From NCBI RefSeq assembly GCF_009914755.1, contig NC_060942.1: a DNA stretch of 64,000 nucleotides. One strand, written 5' to 3'. The position numbers were made by a program, and so were the translations under genes. Under the pieces are notes generated by a model. It was not told the DNA's origin. It was given only the letters and a program-made list of their open reading frames with translations, and did not search any database. Shown in pieces: positions 13,733 to 26,236 of the stretch; the first letter of the stretch is position 1; each line of letters begins with the position of its first letter. The stretch is from the human T2T-CHM13v2.0 reference genome, Homo sapiens.

Positions 13733-13845
13733 TAGAGACAGGGTCTTGCTCCGGTGCCCACGCTGGAGTGCAGTGCTACAATCACAGCTCTCTGCAGCCT
13801 TGAACTCCTGGCTCAAGTGATTCTCCCGCCTCAGCCTCCCAAGCA
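13733..13845 (-). mobile_element. Old Alu monomer fragment (AluJ right arm/FRAM-like)
   Basis: gagacagggtcttgctc...gctggagtgcagtg...gcagccttgaactcctggctcaagtgattctcccgcctcagcctccc. Confidence 0.85.
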
Positions 13846-14787
13846 GATAGAGAAAAAAAAATTTCAATTGAAGTTATTGCATGTAAATTTATTTTTACCA
13901 ACAGTGTAATCTATTATTAAATATTCCTAAGGCAACCTATGCTTTCTCTTCCTATCCTAAATGTCTCAGTTGTCCAGAGTCTCTGTCCTACTCTCTTAGG
14001 TAGTAATCTTCTGTAGTCACCATGTACTGCTGTGAGATACTGACGTGGCCTCTTATCAGAGGCATCTCCTCAACCATTTGCATTTTATTCTAAGGAAGGC
14101 ATGTAGAACCTTGGGGTGCAGAGCCTCTCAGCATTTCTCAGAACTTCACTATGAAATGGAACTTGGGGACTAAAGAGAATGCCATCGAGCTTCATCTTAT
14201 GCTCTTTCCTGGAGATGCTAACTGACTGCATCTCATTCAGTTACTGTGATGTCTTCACTGTCAGCCTATTAACTCTTCACTTGCTCACCATTTGACACAG
14301 AAACTCAAAGTTCTTTGGCCTGCTAATTTGCAGAAGAAAAGCATCTTGCATCTATACTTCTAATGAAAGCTTTTATTTTCTTGGGGATTTCACTTTGGTT
14401 CATCAGCAATCATTGTTCTTCAGTGTGTTAACATAGAGATGTTAGAGACGTTAGAACCATCTATTTATGATGGAAAGTGTAGTATTAATGTTTTTGTACC
14501 ACTGTAAGTTATTGATAACTAGATTAGTAGTAAAAGATGATTTTTCATTTAACATATGATAGGACACATGCAATTAACTACAATAAGGAGAATTATTTGT
14601 GTTGTCAGTAGATGTAGACTAAAATTATAGGAGAAAGTTTCATTTTCAGAAAAATAATATTTTTCTTTCTACCAAATAGCAAGTAACTCACAAACAAAAA
14701 TGCTACATATTTCAGTAAGAGCAGATGATCTACATGCAGCTATAGATTTCAGTAACACTAGATGTCTTTTAATAAATGTATTTGTTT

Positions 14788-14939
14788 GGCCGAGCGCAGT
14801 GGCTCACGCCTGTAATCCCAGCACTTCAGGAGGCCAAGGCAGGTGGATCACTGAGGTCAGGAGTTTGAGGCCAGCCTGGTCAACATGATGAAACTCCGTC
14901 TCTACTACAAATACAAAAATTAGCTGGGTGTGGTGGCAG
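14788..14939 (+). mobile_element. AluS left arm plus linker, 3'-truncated
   Basis: ggccgagcgcagtggctcacgcctgtaatcccagcac...aaatacaaaaattagctgggtgtggtggcag, then abrupt end. Confidence 0.93.
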
Positions 14940-15880
14940 ATTGGATGTAGAGTGTGAGAGAAAAAAATTGTAAAGGATGATTTTAAGAGTTTTGACTGGT
15001 ACAAGGGAAATAATTGAGTTGACCATTACAGAAGAAGAGCACAAGGAGAGAAGCAATTTGGGGAGAAAAAGATAAATAGTTTTGTGACATAATAATTTTG
15101 AAATAATTACTATCACTCTAAATAGATTTGTACATCAGAACCTCAGAAGTTCTACAGGAATAATCCATGCTGTATTTAAATAAAGGGGAAGGAATCAGCC
15201 TTTATTTTGTATTCAAAATAAAGAGACTAGATGAGCTGACCGAAATAGGAAGTGCATTGAGAAAATAAAGGGGCTTCCAGGACTAAGGGCTGAGTTCAGC
15301 ATTTAAAGGTTGAGAAGATAAGGATTAATCAGCAAAGGGGACCCAGTGGGAGCAGCCAAGGGAGGAGGGACTATGTTTATCAAGGAGAAAGGTGAGATCT
15401 GTAAAATCTAACACCGCTGATTAGTTAAAAGATGATAAGATCTGATGAGCTACTTAAGATTACATTTGTTGTCATTGATAAGAATATTTTTATTATTATT
15501 ATACTTTAAGTTCTAGGGTATGTGTGCACAACGTGCAGGTTTGTTACATATGTCTACATGTGCCATGTTGGTGTGCTGCACCCAGAATTTTTACAGTGAG
15601 GTAACAAAGACAAGACTACTTTGATAGAAACCTACCAGAGAATGTGAAGAGAAATCCTAGAGACACAGAGTAGAGATCATGCCATAATTTTTGCTTGATC
15701 ATAATGTTTGCTTGATTGGAAGAAGAGAAAACAGTAGTAGCTAGAGGGGAAAAATGGAGTGAAGACAAGTGGTGTGATTTTATATTAATGGGCATGGTCT
15801 GGTGGAGGAAAGAACTGATGAGGCAGTACAGAGAGAATAATTACTAGAACAGTTTTGTTGAGTAAGTTAGAAGAGATAAT
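14940..15880 (-). mobile_element. L2 internal fragment interrupted by a short L1PA
   Basis: attggatgtagagtgtgagag...aaggatgattttaagagttttg...tttggggagaaaaag purine-rich L2 antisense pattern. Confidence 0.6.
15486..15584 (-). mobile_element. L1PA (about PA3-5) 3' terminus, ~100 bp
   Basis: ttattatactttaagttctagggta..cacaacgtgcaggtttgttacatatg..gtgtgctgcaccc; imperfect TSD agaat(a)tttt. Confidence 0.93.
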
Positions 15881-16258
15881 TCTCAATAAACACAACTACT
15901 ATTTAGTCATTTTTAGAAATAAAATCACTACTAAAATCCCACGTTTTTAATTATTTTGTTACTGAAAATGAATATAACTTTTGAAGAACTATCGAGATGA
16001 ATTATTTTTAAACATTTTTTTCATATTTCCTATAAATGGCTTCTGAATACACATACACAATTAGAATTGTATAGAAATCAATATTAATATTGTCACTGTT
16101 ATACCAAATTATATATTACGTGATGACATTATTTATTTTATTTTGTAAATTAAATGGCAAAAATATATGGGAAAAAGCCATTTAATGCATGCTATTTTTC
16201 TGTCATTGTTTCTATGATATTTGTGTGATGGATACATTTGGATAGACCAAGGTTCTAT

Positions 16259-16265
16259 TAGATAG

Positions 16266-16303
<38 letters not shown>
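16259..16303. repeat. Compound (GATA)(TA)n(GA)n microsatellite
   Basis: Direct reading. Confidence 0.9.
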
Positions 16304-16304
<1 letters not shown>

Positions 16305-16741
16305 TCTTCCACTAGTGAGTCAAAAATGTTTGTTTCCTTTGAAGACATTTAATCTAGTCAAGTTCTAAATTAAAGACATATGATTTTAAAATAAACAAAT
16401 ATTTGAGAGAAATTATTTCTCAACTACTTGGAAATAGCATAGAGAGAAACTCTGCATCTGATACATTAGTAAATTTATAGAGTAGCTAAAATAAGCCACC
16501 TCCTTCATAAAACAGGAAATTGTTCAAAGGAGAGGACAAATTTTTAATTTGAATATGTACTTACCCAAACATGTTAGGAAAAGTTTGAACAAAGCTGAGT
16601 TTTCCTGTAAGAAACCTGAATATGTTCTTGAGTATTAGGCATAACGGATCTGTGAATTCAGAAATGGTTTCTTTTAATGATTAAAGTAACAGTTTGTACA
16701 ACTGACATTTATGATTATGGGGGTTGTTTGGGCGTTGTTAG

Positions 16742-17185
<444 letters not shown>

Positions 17186-19003
17186 TTATTTTTAAAATGC
17201 AGATTTAAGTTTAATCAAGGCATGATTTAAAAAGTCTGTTATCCTCTTGAGTGGAAAAATATTTCATAAATAACATAAAACATTGATCTAACATTAATTA
17301 GATTTCAAAGGAATGTTTTCTATTAATTGTTTTCAAATTACATTAAAATGCATATTAAAATCAATACAATTTTTACATGTAGCAATATGCTTAACTCAAA
17401 ATCAAAGTGTCTATTATTACAGAGGACAATAGCACCACACCATTGCTATTATTCAATCAATAGATAACAGTTGATTAAATGAATGAAAAAATTTTGGTGA
17501 GAAAAGGCTCTGAAATTATTCTTTTTAATATTTAAAAGTTTGTATTTCCTGGAAACAGTTGATGCATCTTTAAGAGGTAGAAAGGAAAAAACTCAGCACC
17601 AAGCTTGAACCTTCTCTTAGAGATGTTTTGCAGTATTTTGGCAGATACAGAGAAAACTAGATAAAATCTTTTTCTTCTGCTAATGAATAATTTGCAATGA
17701 GTTAAGAATATTGAGTGAAAATAAAAGTATGAATGGCTTATCTCTCCGAAGTATATTATGAATTTTTGAGTAAAAATGTAGTGTTAAAAGGTCTACGAAG
17801 TATGTTCTCACTGTTGAATATATATAGATATATATTTATGTATAGCAAACTTGAAAGATTGATGGCAGTTCACAGTATCATTGTTGACAGGTGACAAGCT
17901 TTTCAATGTTTTATTTTCTTCCATTTGTGTAACTTGTTTAACAATATATGTACATGTATTATTAGGTAATAGTAAAAATTGATTTCATATTCTTTTATTT
18001 AGAATTTTCTAAGTTACTACATGTTCTCAACCTTCCTTACATAAGATAGATTGCAGTGATAATTTACAAGATGGTAAAGGAAATAATTTGAAGTAAAGCC
18101 CAAATATATCACATTATTAATATTGCTGAATTGATGATATAGTCTGTGACTGTGAGATTGAATGTAGCTTTAGTTGTTTATTTAAAGTGTATTAAAAATA
18201 TAATTTTGACATATTATTTCAGAAATATATAAACATGTAATTGCTATTTTTTAACTATAATAAAAATATTTTGAAGCATATTTAAAAAAATAAATCACAT
18301 AGAACTTTATATAGTCTATATTATTAACAATAGTTTAAAAACATGAGAAAATTAAAAATTGTGTTAAGCCTAGTTGGCAATATGAACCTGCATATATCAG
18401 ATCAAATAGGTTTTCAAATCATTTGATAATTATAGATTACATTTTATACTTATTTTTGTTATTTATAGATTTGAGAAAAATTAGATAAAAGTAAGATAGA
18501 ATGTTATCAAGAAAAGTTTTCAGTTTACAGTAATTTAAGACTTTTGACAAAATGGAAGTATGATTGTTCAGATAAGTTGATTAATTTGGATGTCTGTTAC
18601 ATCTATGGTTCTTACTGAAGACAGATGACAGTGAAACTAGACAATTCTGATAACAATACATTACATTAGAAGTGAAATTTGACCTAAGGGAGAGAAAAGC
18701 CATAGGTCAGTATTTTGCCTTTTAAGTAACTGCTTCAGGAGTGGCTGCGATTGGTTAACTCATATTATCTCTTGAAGGACATTTGGATATGAACCATATT
18801 ATAATGGTAACTCTCAGTGCGGTGGCAGAGTAACAAGCACACATGGATGAAATCATCAGGTTCACAAGGCACAAGACAATAGAGACCTTATGTCAATAGA
18901 AATACTTAAGAAAACAAGCCCCTTATAAGGGAAGCCATGAAATACACGAGAAATAAGTGGTAGCTTTTTACCTATACAGTAACAAAACAAAACAGAGAGA
19001 AAC

Positions 19004-19253
19004 CCCAGGTTGGAGTGCAGTGGCGCGACCTGGGCTCACTGCAAGCTCCGCCTCCCGGGTTCACGCCATTCTCCTCCTCAGCCTCCAGAGTAGCTGGGAC
19101 TACAGGCGCCCGCCATCACGCCCGGCTAATTTTTTGTATTTTTAGTAGAGACTGGTTTTCACCGTGTTAGCCAGGATGGTCCTGACCTCGTAATGCGCCC
19201 GCCTCGGCCTCCCAAAGTGGTGGGATTACAGGCGTGAGCCAGCGCGCCCGGCC
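19004..19253 (-). mobile_element. AluY lacking its 3' end and poly(A) tail
   Basis: AluY diagnostics with many CpGs retained; begins at cccaggttggagtg with no T-tract; small internal deletion at ggatggtc^ctgacc. Confidence 0.95.
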
Positions 19254-19924
19254 AAAATACTCTGTAAAAAGCGATAGAAATCTGCTTCTGGAGTGGAAAC
19301 AAGAAAGGATATTAATTACAGGCTCATGTTTTGATATGTTATGGATCCACTGTACCACTTAGTAATGTTTTCCCCCTAGGCAAGTTATTGGATCCTGTAT
19401 ACCTCTACCTGCTTCAAAATATTTTGTAATTAATTTAACAAAGGTAGAAAACATGACTATCATAAATCTAATAAAGATTTGGCTTCAATTCACATCCCTG
19501 CATGGCCCCAGGAAGAGTTCTAACATTGCATTTACATGGTATTACATGATTTTTAGTAATTTGTAAAAGAAAAAACACTTTAATGGCAAGAAGCTAAGAC
19601 CACTTTTGAATTCTAATTGGCTGTCCTTTATACTTCCTCAATTGTTAGTTGTCAGTGAGGATTTCTGAGGATCTAGGTAATGGGAAATTGAAGTGGGGAG
19701 ACATTTGGTTTGGTATTCATATGTTTATGTGGCTCACGATAATTTGCTTATATAGATAAATTGTTTTTAGTGGTTGCAGGGTAGGAAAGGCTGCTTCAAG
19801 ATATTATGACAACTCACCCATAATGATACGAAGTGTTGGCATAATATGTAACATGCCTGGGTAAGATAATTCTGAATATATTACCCTAATCAATGGCCAG
19901 TGAATTGTGAGGTTTTCACAGTCT

Positions 19925-20205
19925 GATTGATGGAAATGGGCACTATTCTTGGCCTGGTGAAAACACCAGGTACTGTTCTATAGTTTTTTTGAGTACCTAT
20001 TTCCCTTGTTTCAAACAGTTTTCTTATGCCTATGTGCACATCCCAACACTGCTGGATTCTCCTGGAGGATCCTGTGTGAATCCCTGTAGTGCTCCCTTAG
20101 CAACTCTCTCCTCTCTCCTGGGAGCTCTGACCACCTTTGTTTCCCAGTCTGTCAGCTCTGGCATCTTCATTAAGGGAGTTTGCCGTGCTCTGCCTCATTC
20201 AGACA
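19925..20205 (-). mobile_element. Old L1 (L1M4/L1MC-type) 5' region fragment
   Basis: gggcactattcttggcc...caactctctcctctctc...agggagtttgccgtgctctgcct resembles antisense L1M 5' sequence. Confidence 0.55.
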
Positions 20206-20244
20206 CATAGGTATAACAGCCTACTCCAGAATTTTCTCTATAAC

Positions 20245-20680
20245 TGTATTATTCAAGGTTCTCCAAAGAAATAGAACAAATAGAAGATAGATCGATAGAT
20301 AGATAGATAGATAGATAGATAGACAGATAGATAATTTATTATGAGAGATCGACTCATCCACTTATGGAGGCTGAGAAGTCCCATGATCTGTACCTGTCTG
20401 TAAACTGGAGGCCAAGGAAAGCTGGTACAATTCCCATCTAGGTCTGAAGGCCTGAGAACCAGGAACACCAATGTCTGAGGTCAAGAAGAGATAAATGTCC
20501 CAACTCAAGCAGAGAGAGCAAATTCTCTCTTCCTTTGCATTTTTGTTCTATCAGGCCCTCAGTGAATTGGATGATGTCTGCCAGTCTTCTACTCATTCTA
20601 TTGATTCAAATGCAAATCCTTTCCAGAAACACCCTCAAAGACACACCTAGAATAATAGACAGGTAAAATGAACCATCACA
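20245..20680 (-). mobile_element. ERVL LTR, MLT2B-like, with internal (GATA)n
   Basis: tgtattattcaaggttctccaaagaaatagaac...ggaggctgagaagtcccatgatctg...gaaggcctgagaaccagg...aaccatcaca. Confidence 0.92.
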
Positions 20681-20709
20681 GAAACCATCACAGGACTCTC
20701 ATATATCTA

Positions 20710-21115
20710 TGATACAGCTTGGATATCTGTCCCTGCACTAATCTTGTGTTGCAATACAATCCCCAATGCTGGAGGTGGGGTCTGATGGGAGGTGTTTGAA
20801 TCATGTGGGCGTATCTCTCATGGCTTGGTATTGTCTTTGCAATAGTAAGTGAGTTCTTTTAAGATCTGATCATTTAAAAGTGTGTGGCACTTCCCTCCCA
20901 CTTTCTGTTGCTCCTGCTCACACCATGTGGTATGCCTGCTCCCACTTCACCTTCCGCCATGATTGAAAGCTCCCTAAGGCTTCAGAAGTCAAGCAGATAT
21001 CAGCACCATGCTTCCTATAAAGCCTCCAAAACTGTGAGGCAATTAAACTTCCTTTCTTTATAAATTACCAAATCTCAGGTATTACTCTAGAGCAATGCAA
21101 GAATGGGCTAATATA
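20710..21115 (+). mobile_element. ERVL-MaLR LTR, MSTA/MSTB
   Basis: tgatacagcttggatatctgtccc...ccccaatgctggaggtgggg...ttccgccatgattgaaagctccc...tttataaattacc..ctcaggtatt..gctaatata. Confidence 0.92.
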
Positions 21116-21466
21116 GTATATATGTACACGTATAAGTTCATCATACATTTTGTTGATATGAAGTATTCATAGTACAAAATTTAAAAACAATAGTAAAATA
21201 TAAAATATTCTTTATTACATAGTCTATATACCCAGTTGCTTCTCAGGGAATATGCTAATTGAACAGAATCCTTTTATCTATAGCCAACTTGTGGCTGAAA
21301 TTAGCCATGATTTGACAAAATTAGTGAATAAATGCTTAACTACTTTCTGATTCATCAAAGAAGTTATGTCACTGATGAATGAGTATTGTTCTCACATAAA
21401 TATTGTCTGGTATTCATTTTCCTTAAAGAAAAAGATGAAAATAACACAATGAAGACATTCAACTAG

Positions 21467-21883
<417 letters not shown>

Positions 21884-22145
21884 CTAATATTTTTCTACTA
21901 CTCACAATGTAATAGCTATAGACATGATGCAGCTTTAAGTTTAATTACCATTATTATCATTTTCCATCATTTTCTTATTTCCAGAAAATTGAAAATCAAG
22001 TTTTGATATTTGTAGTATTTTTTAAATTCCATGGCTTAAATGCATCCACAATGATCTATATTGAGTTACTTTAAGTCCAGTATAGTGACAATGAATGGAG
22101 TTGGAGAGAAAGTCTCAGTAGCACACTATAACGTTGTACTCACAC

Positions 22146-22511
22146 TGTATTAGTCCGTTCTCATGGTGCTATAAATAACTCCCCGAGACAGAGTAATTTA
22201 TAAAGTAAAGAGGTTTCATTGACTTACAATTCTTCACAGCTAGTGAGGCCTCAGGAAACTTACAATCATAGCTGAAGTGGAAGCAAACACATCCTTGTTC
22301 ACAGGGCTGCAGGGGAGATAAGTGCCAAGCAAAGGGTGAAAAGCCGCTTATAAAACGATCATATCTCATGAGAACTCACTATCATGAGAACAGCATGAGG
22401 GCAACCGCCTCCATGATTCAATTACCTCCCACCAAGTTCCTCCCACAATATGCAGGGATTATGGGAACCACAGTTCAAGATGAGATTTGGGTGGGGACAC
22501 AAACAATATCA
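22146..22511 (-). mobile_element. ERVL-MaLR LTR, THE1C-like
   Basis: tgtattagtccgttctcat...gaggcctcaggaaacttacaatcat...caagatgagatttgggtggggacac..aatatca. Confidence 0.93.
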
Positions 22512-22739
22512 ATCACCATATGAAAAAATAGGCATGAACCTTAATAGCATCGATAAAAGTAAAATGAATTAAAATAACTAATAGGCAATGAGCTTTGAAT
22601 ATTTATTTTGACTATAATTTATTTACTTGCAAATCATCTAATTTAATTTTTAATAGTGACAGAATTTAAGAACTAGGTTGTCAAATTTTTGAAAATTAAG
22701 AATAGTTTCTTGCAAGAAATAATACAAGAGGAGTTCAGC

Positions 22740-23682
22740 ACACCACTGACATGCCATATTTAAGTAATCCAAAATAAATACTTTAACTTTCGTTTTTCAG
22801 ACATTCTTTCCTCTCCATCTTCTTCCATTGTTCCTTCAGGCTTTTATTTACTCAGGTCATACACACATTAAAACAATTATTGAGCTCCTTCGTTCTCTCA
22901 CATCGCTTATTCAAACCACCAACACATGCTGTTTGTTTTTGAAATATTTACCAAAGTGGAATATTGCCTCTCATATCCTCCATCACCACACTGAAGAAGT
23001 CACAGGCATTCCTCATTTAATAGCTTCTCAAGTGTGCTTCATGCACCCCCTCCTTAATCTACTACACACACTTGTCTCTCCCCTCATTTGAGACCCTCCA
23101 ATGGCTTCTCACTTTATTCAAAGAAAAGATAAAATTCATACAATGTTGTGCAAGATAACACTTGATCTTGGCCCCAGTTACCTGTATAACTTTTCTTACC
23201 CAATTTCTTCCCAGCATCATTAACCTCATTCCACAGACGTTGTTTTCTTGATGTTCCTTAAAGATAGAAAGGACAGTCCTGCCTCAAAGTTTTTATAGGT
23301 TTTGTTCTCTTAGCTAGAAATGCTTTTTTTCCCCAAGTCATCAAATAGTTCACCCTTATATGTCCTTCGGATTTGTACTACTTTACTTTATTTATTTTAT
23401 TTATTGCACTTTATTTACTTTATTTTTTATTTTATTTATTGCACTTTATTACAAAATCTTTCATATAACCATATAAAATACTCAAGTAATATTTTTTCTT
23501 TTATATTTCATAATCATTTCCGATATTTCACGCTTTTAACTCAGATTTGTCTCTCTATTCAGCAAAATGCACAAGCTTCAAGAAAATAACAGCTTTGCAT
23601 CATTTGTCCACTTCTGTAACTGTGTGTATTCTAGAATTCTGACAATAGTAGGTAATGCATAATTATTTAATAAATAAATGAG
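22740..23682 (+). mobile_element. L2a 3' region
   Basis: accctccaatggcttctcac, cttgatcttggcccc, tcctgcctcaaag, ctagaaatgctttt, terminal tagtaggt..aataaataaatga. Confidence 0.75.
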
Positions 23683-25168
23683 ATTGTAATTAAACTTGCT
23701 TTTAGTATGATAAACATAAGATATGAGTATTTTCCTTCAGTTTCTCCTTTCCAAAATGAATATTTCAGTTAATTTAGAACTTTTTGGTTAGGGAAATATT
23801 TCAAATTTATATACTCAATGCACATAGCTGGATTATGCAATATCACATTGAGCTACTGGCTGGCTAATTTTCTGCATGGCATATGGTGTTTCTTCTTATT
23901 TTTGTGGAAACAAATCCAAATACATTAGCAATGGGATATTCACAAATTTGATTAATTTGATTCAGAACTGTTTTTTAGTATTAATTCACTCTAAGAGAAA
24001 AAATTGAAATAAATAGCAAAGTTAATCTTTTCCCAATTATTTTTCTAGTTACAGATTACCACTGAATTGGCTCAACATTGGGCAAACAGGAAAATACAGA
24101 ACAAAGGACTTTAGAATAATCAAGCTCTATAAAACTGTTTATTGACAGCATTGAGGAGAAAAACGAGAAAGAATAAGACACATTTACTGAAGTCAGATAT
24201 TACGCCAATCTCTTAGATATCTCTGTATTGTTGATGCATTGCTGATCCTCTCTGATGACAGCAACATATATAAAAAATATTTTTACCTGTAATATAGAAA
24301 ATAGAATTAATTATACAAACAATCCTAGAAAGCATACATACAAGAATGCAATTTAATTCACGGTACCTACAGAATTTCCAACTTTTTAGCTTTTAATATT
24401 CATGCTCTTCTTAAAACATAATTTTCCTCTAGACAGAGCAAATAAACAGTATTTTTCAAATAATTGCTTTTTTTTTTTTTTTTTACAGTTTTACTGATAG
24501 ACAAATTGATTCTGTTTGTACACTCTGTTAGATTTGGCCATGAACAAAAAAAAAAATGATTCAGTGAATGAGGTTAGCTGTCTGAAACACAGCTTTAATT
24601 AATTCCATTAAATTGCACTTCAAATGCAATGTACCTGGAATAAGTATTCCTCCAGACATTTTCAATAAAGGCTGTTTATCAAAGTAATTATGTTTCCCTT
24701 GAGTAGTTTCTTAGTATATTCCTTTTTAGTATGTGAAAATTAAGATAAAACAAACAGGCTTTATCTTTCAAACCTGAAAACTCTTCATTACTATCTTGAA
24801 ACCCCACCAATAATTAAACCATATAATTAAAGTTATATTAATGCATTGAACTATTGAATATGCTCTCCTTTTTTTTCAGGATATAATTATTTCCTTGTGG
24901 CAATTTATTGATGCTATGTGTGTTTAACCTGATTTTAATTCACAATACCACAATAGATGCTTAAATGTATTCTTGATGGCATTCAATACTTAGAAATCAC
25001 CATGAACTATTTCCTAAGATTAACGATTTTCTCATTTTTATGAACTATACCTTAATGTAAAAAAAAGTATATTTTAAATCACTTTATCATTTGAATTCAG
25101 GTCCTACTACCCATTGGCGATATAAGCTATGGTGCTGTCTATATTTCCCAAATTTTATTATCAGCTTG

Positions 25169-25632
25169 TGTTGTAAACCAGCTAATGCAAACGCCCCTCC
25201 ACTAATCCTCATGGCATGTGAATCCAATCTTCTAAAGCAAAAGGGATTTGGAGAATGTGATTCACCTGAATTCTCCAGGTGGATCTGATGTAATCACAGA
25301 TTTCCTTGTTAGAGGAAGGAAGGAGATCACAAATGCAGCAGTCAACCTCATTACAGAAGCAAAGGCAAAGAAGGGAGGGAGAAATTTGAAGAAGCTACAC
25401 TCCTGGCTTTGAAAACAGAAGGCGCCATAAATTAAGGAATGCAAGGAATATAGCTCTAGAACCTGAAAAGGGCAGGAAAACAGATTCTAACCTATAGCTT
25501 CTAGGAGTACAGCCTTGTCTTCCCCTTGGTTTTGACTCTGACCTCCAGAAACGTAAGTTGATCAATTTCTGTTTTTTTAAACCACTAAGCTTGTGGTAAT
25601 TTGGTAAGCAGCAATGGAAAAAAAAAAATACA
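25169..25632 (+). mobile_element. ERVL-MaLR LTR, MLT1D-like
   Basis: gcaaaagggattt, tgtaatcaca, ggctttgaa, aaggaatgca..ctctagaa, ctgacctccagaa, ccactaagcttgtggtaatttg..gcagcaat..aataca. Confidence 0.88.
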
Positions 25633-25880
25633 GCTAGTGTTTACAGATCATTACAGGTAATCTTTTTTTATTAAAATTTCTTTAAAATATTGCTATAAGT
25701 GTACATTCAGATGAATCTTTTAGAAAATAAAAAAATAGAGAAAGATTCAATGTACCCTTAGCCCAGTTTATCTAAATGGTAACACCTTACAAAACAATAG
25801 TATACTATCACAACCAGGATATTGATATCAATACAGTCAAGAATATTTCTTCGCTACAAGGACCTCTCCTTCATACTGCC

Positions 25881-26236
25881 TGATATGATTTGTCTCTACC
25901 CAAATTTCATCTTGGATTGTAATCCCATGTGTTGAGGGAGGGACCTGGTGGGAGGTAATAGAATTATGGGCGTGGTTTTCCTTATCCTGTTCTCGTGATA
26001 GTGAGTTCTCATGAGATCTGATGGTTTAAAAGTGTGGCACTTATTCTTTGCTCTCCCTCTCTATCCCCTGCCACCATGTAAGACATGCCTTGCTTCTCCT
26101 TTGTCTCCTGCCACAATTGTAAGTTTCGTGAGGATTCCCCAGTCATGTGAAACTGTGAGTCAATTAAAACTCTTTCCTTTATAAATTACCCCATCTCAGT
26201 TAATTCTTTATAGCAGTGTGAAAATGGACTAATACA
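25881..26236 (+). mobile_element. ERVL-MaLR LTR, THE1D-like, inserted in L1
   Basis: tgatatgatttg...gagggagggacctggtgggaggt...gagatctgatggttt...atagcagtgtgaaaatggactaataca; TSD ctgcc/ctacc. Confidence 0.93.

Noticed and set aside
20671-20693. aaccatcacag duplicated at the MLT2 end
   Set aside because: A small slippage duplication with no evident function; not a second LTR.
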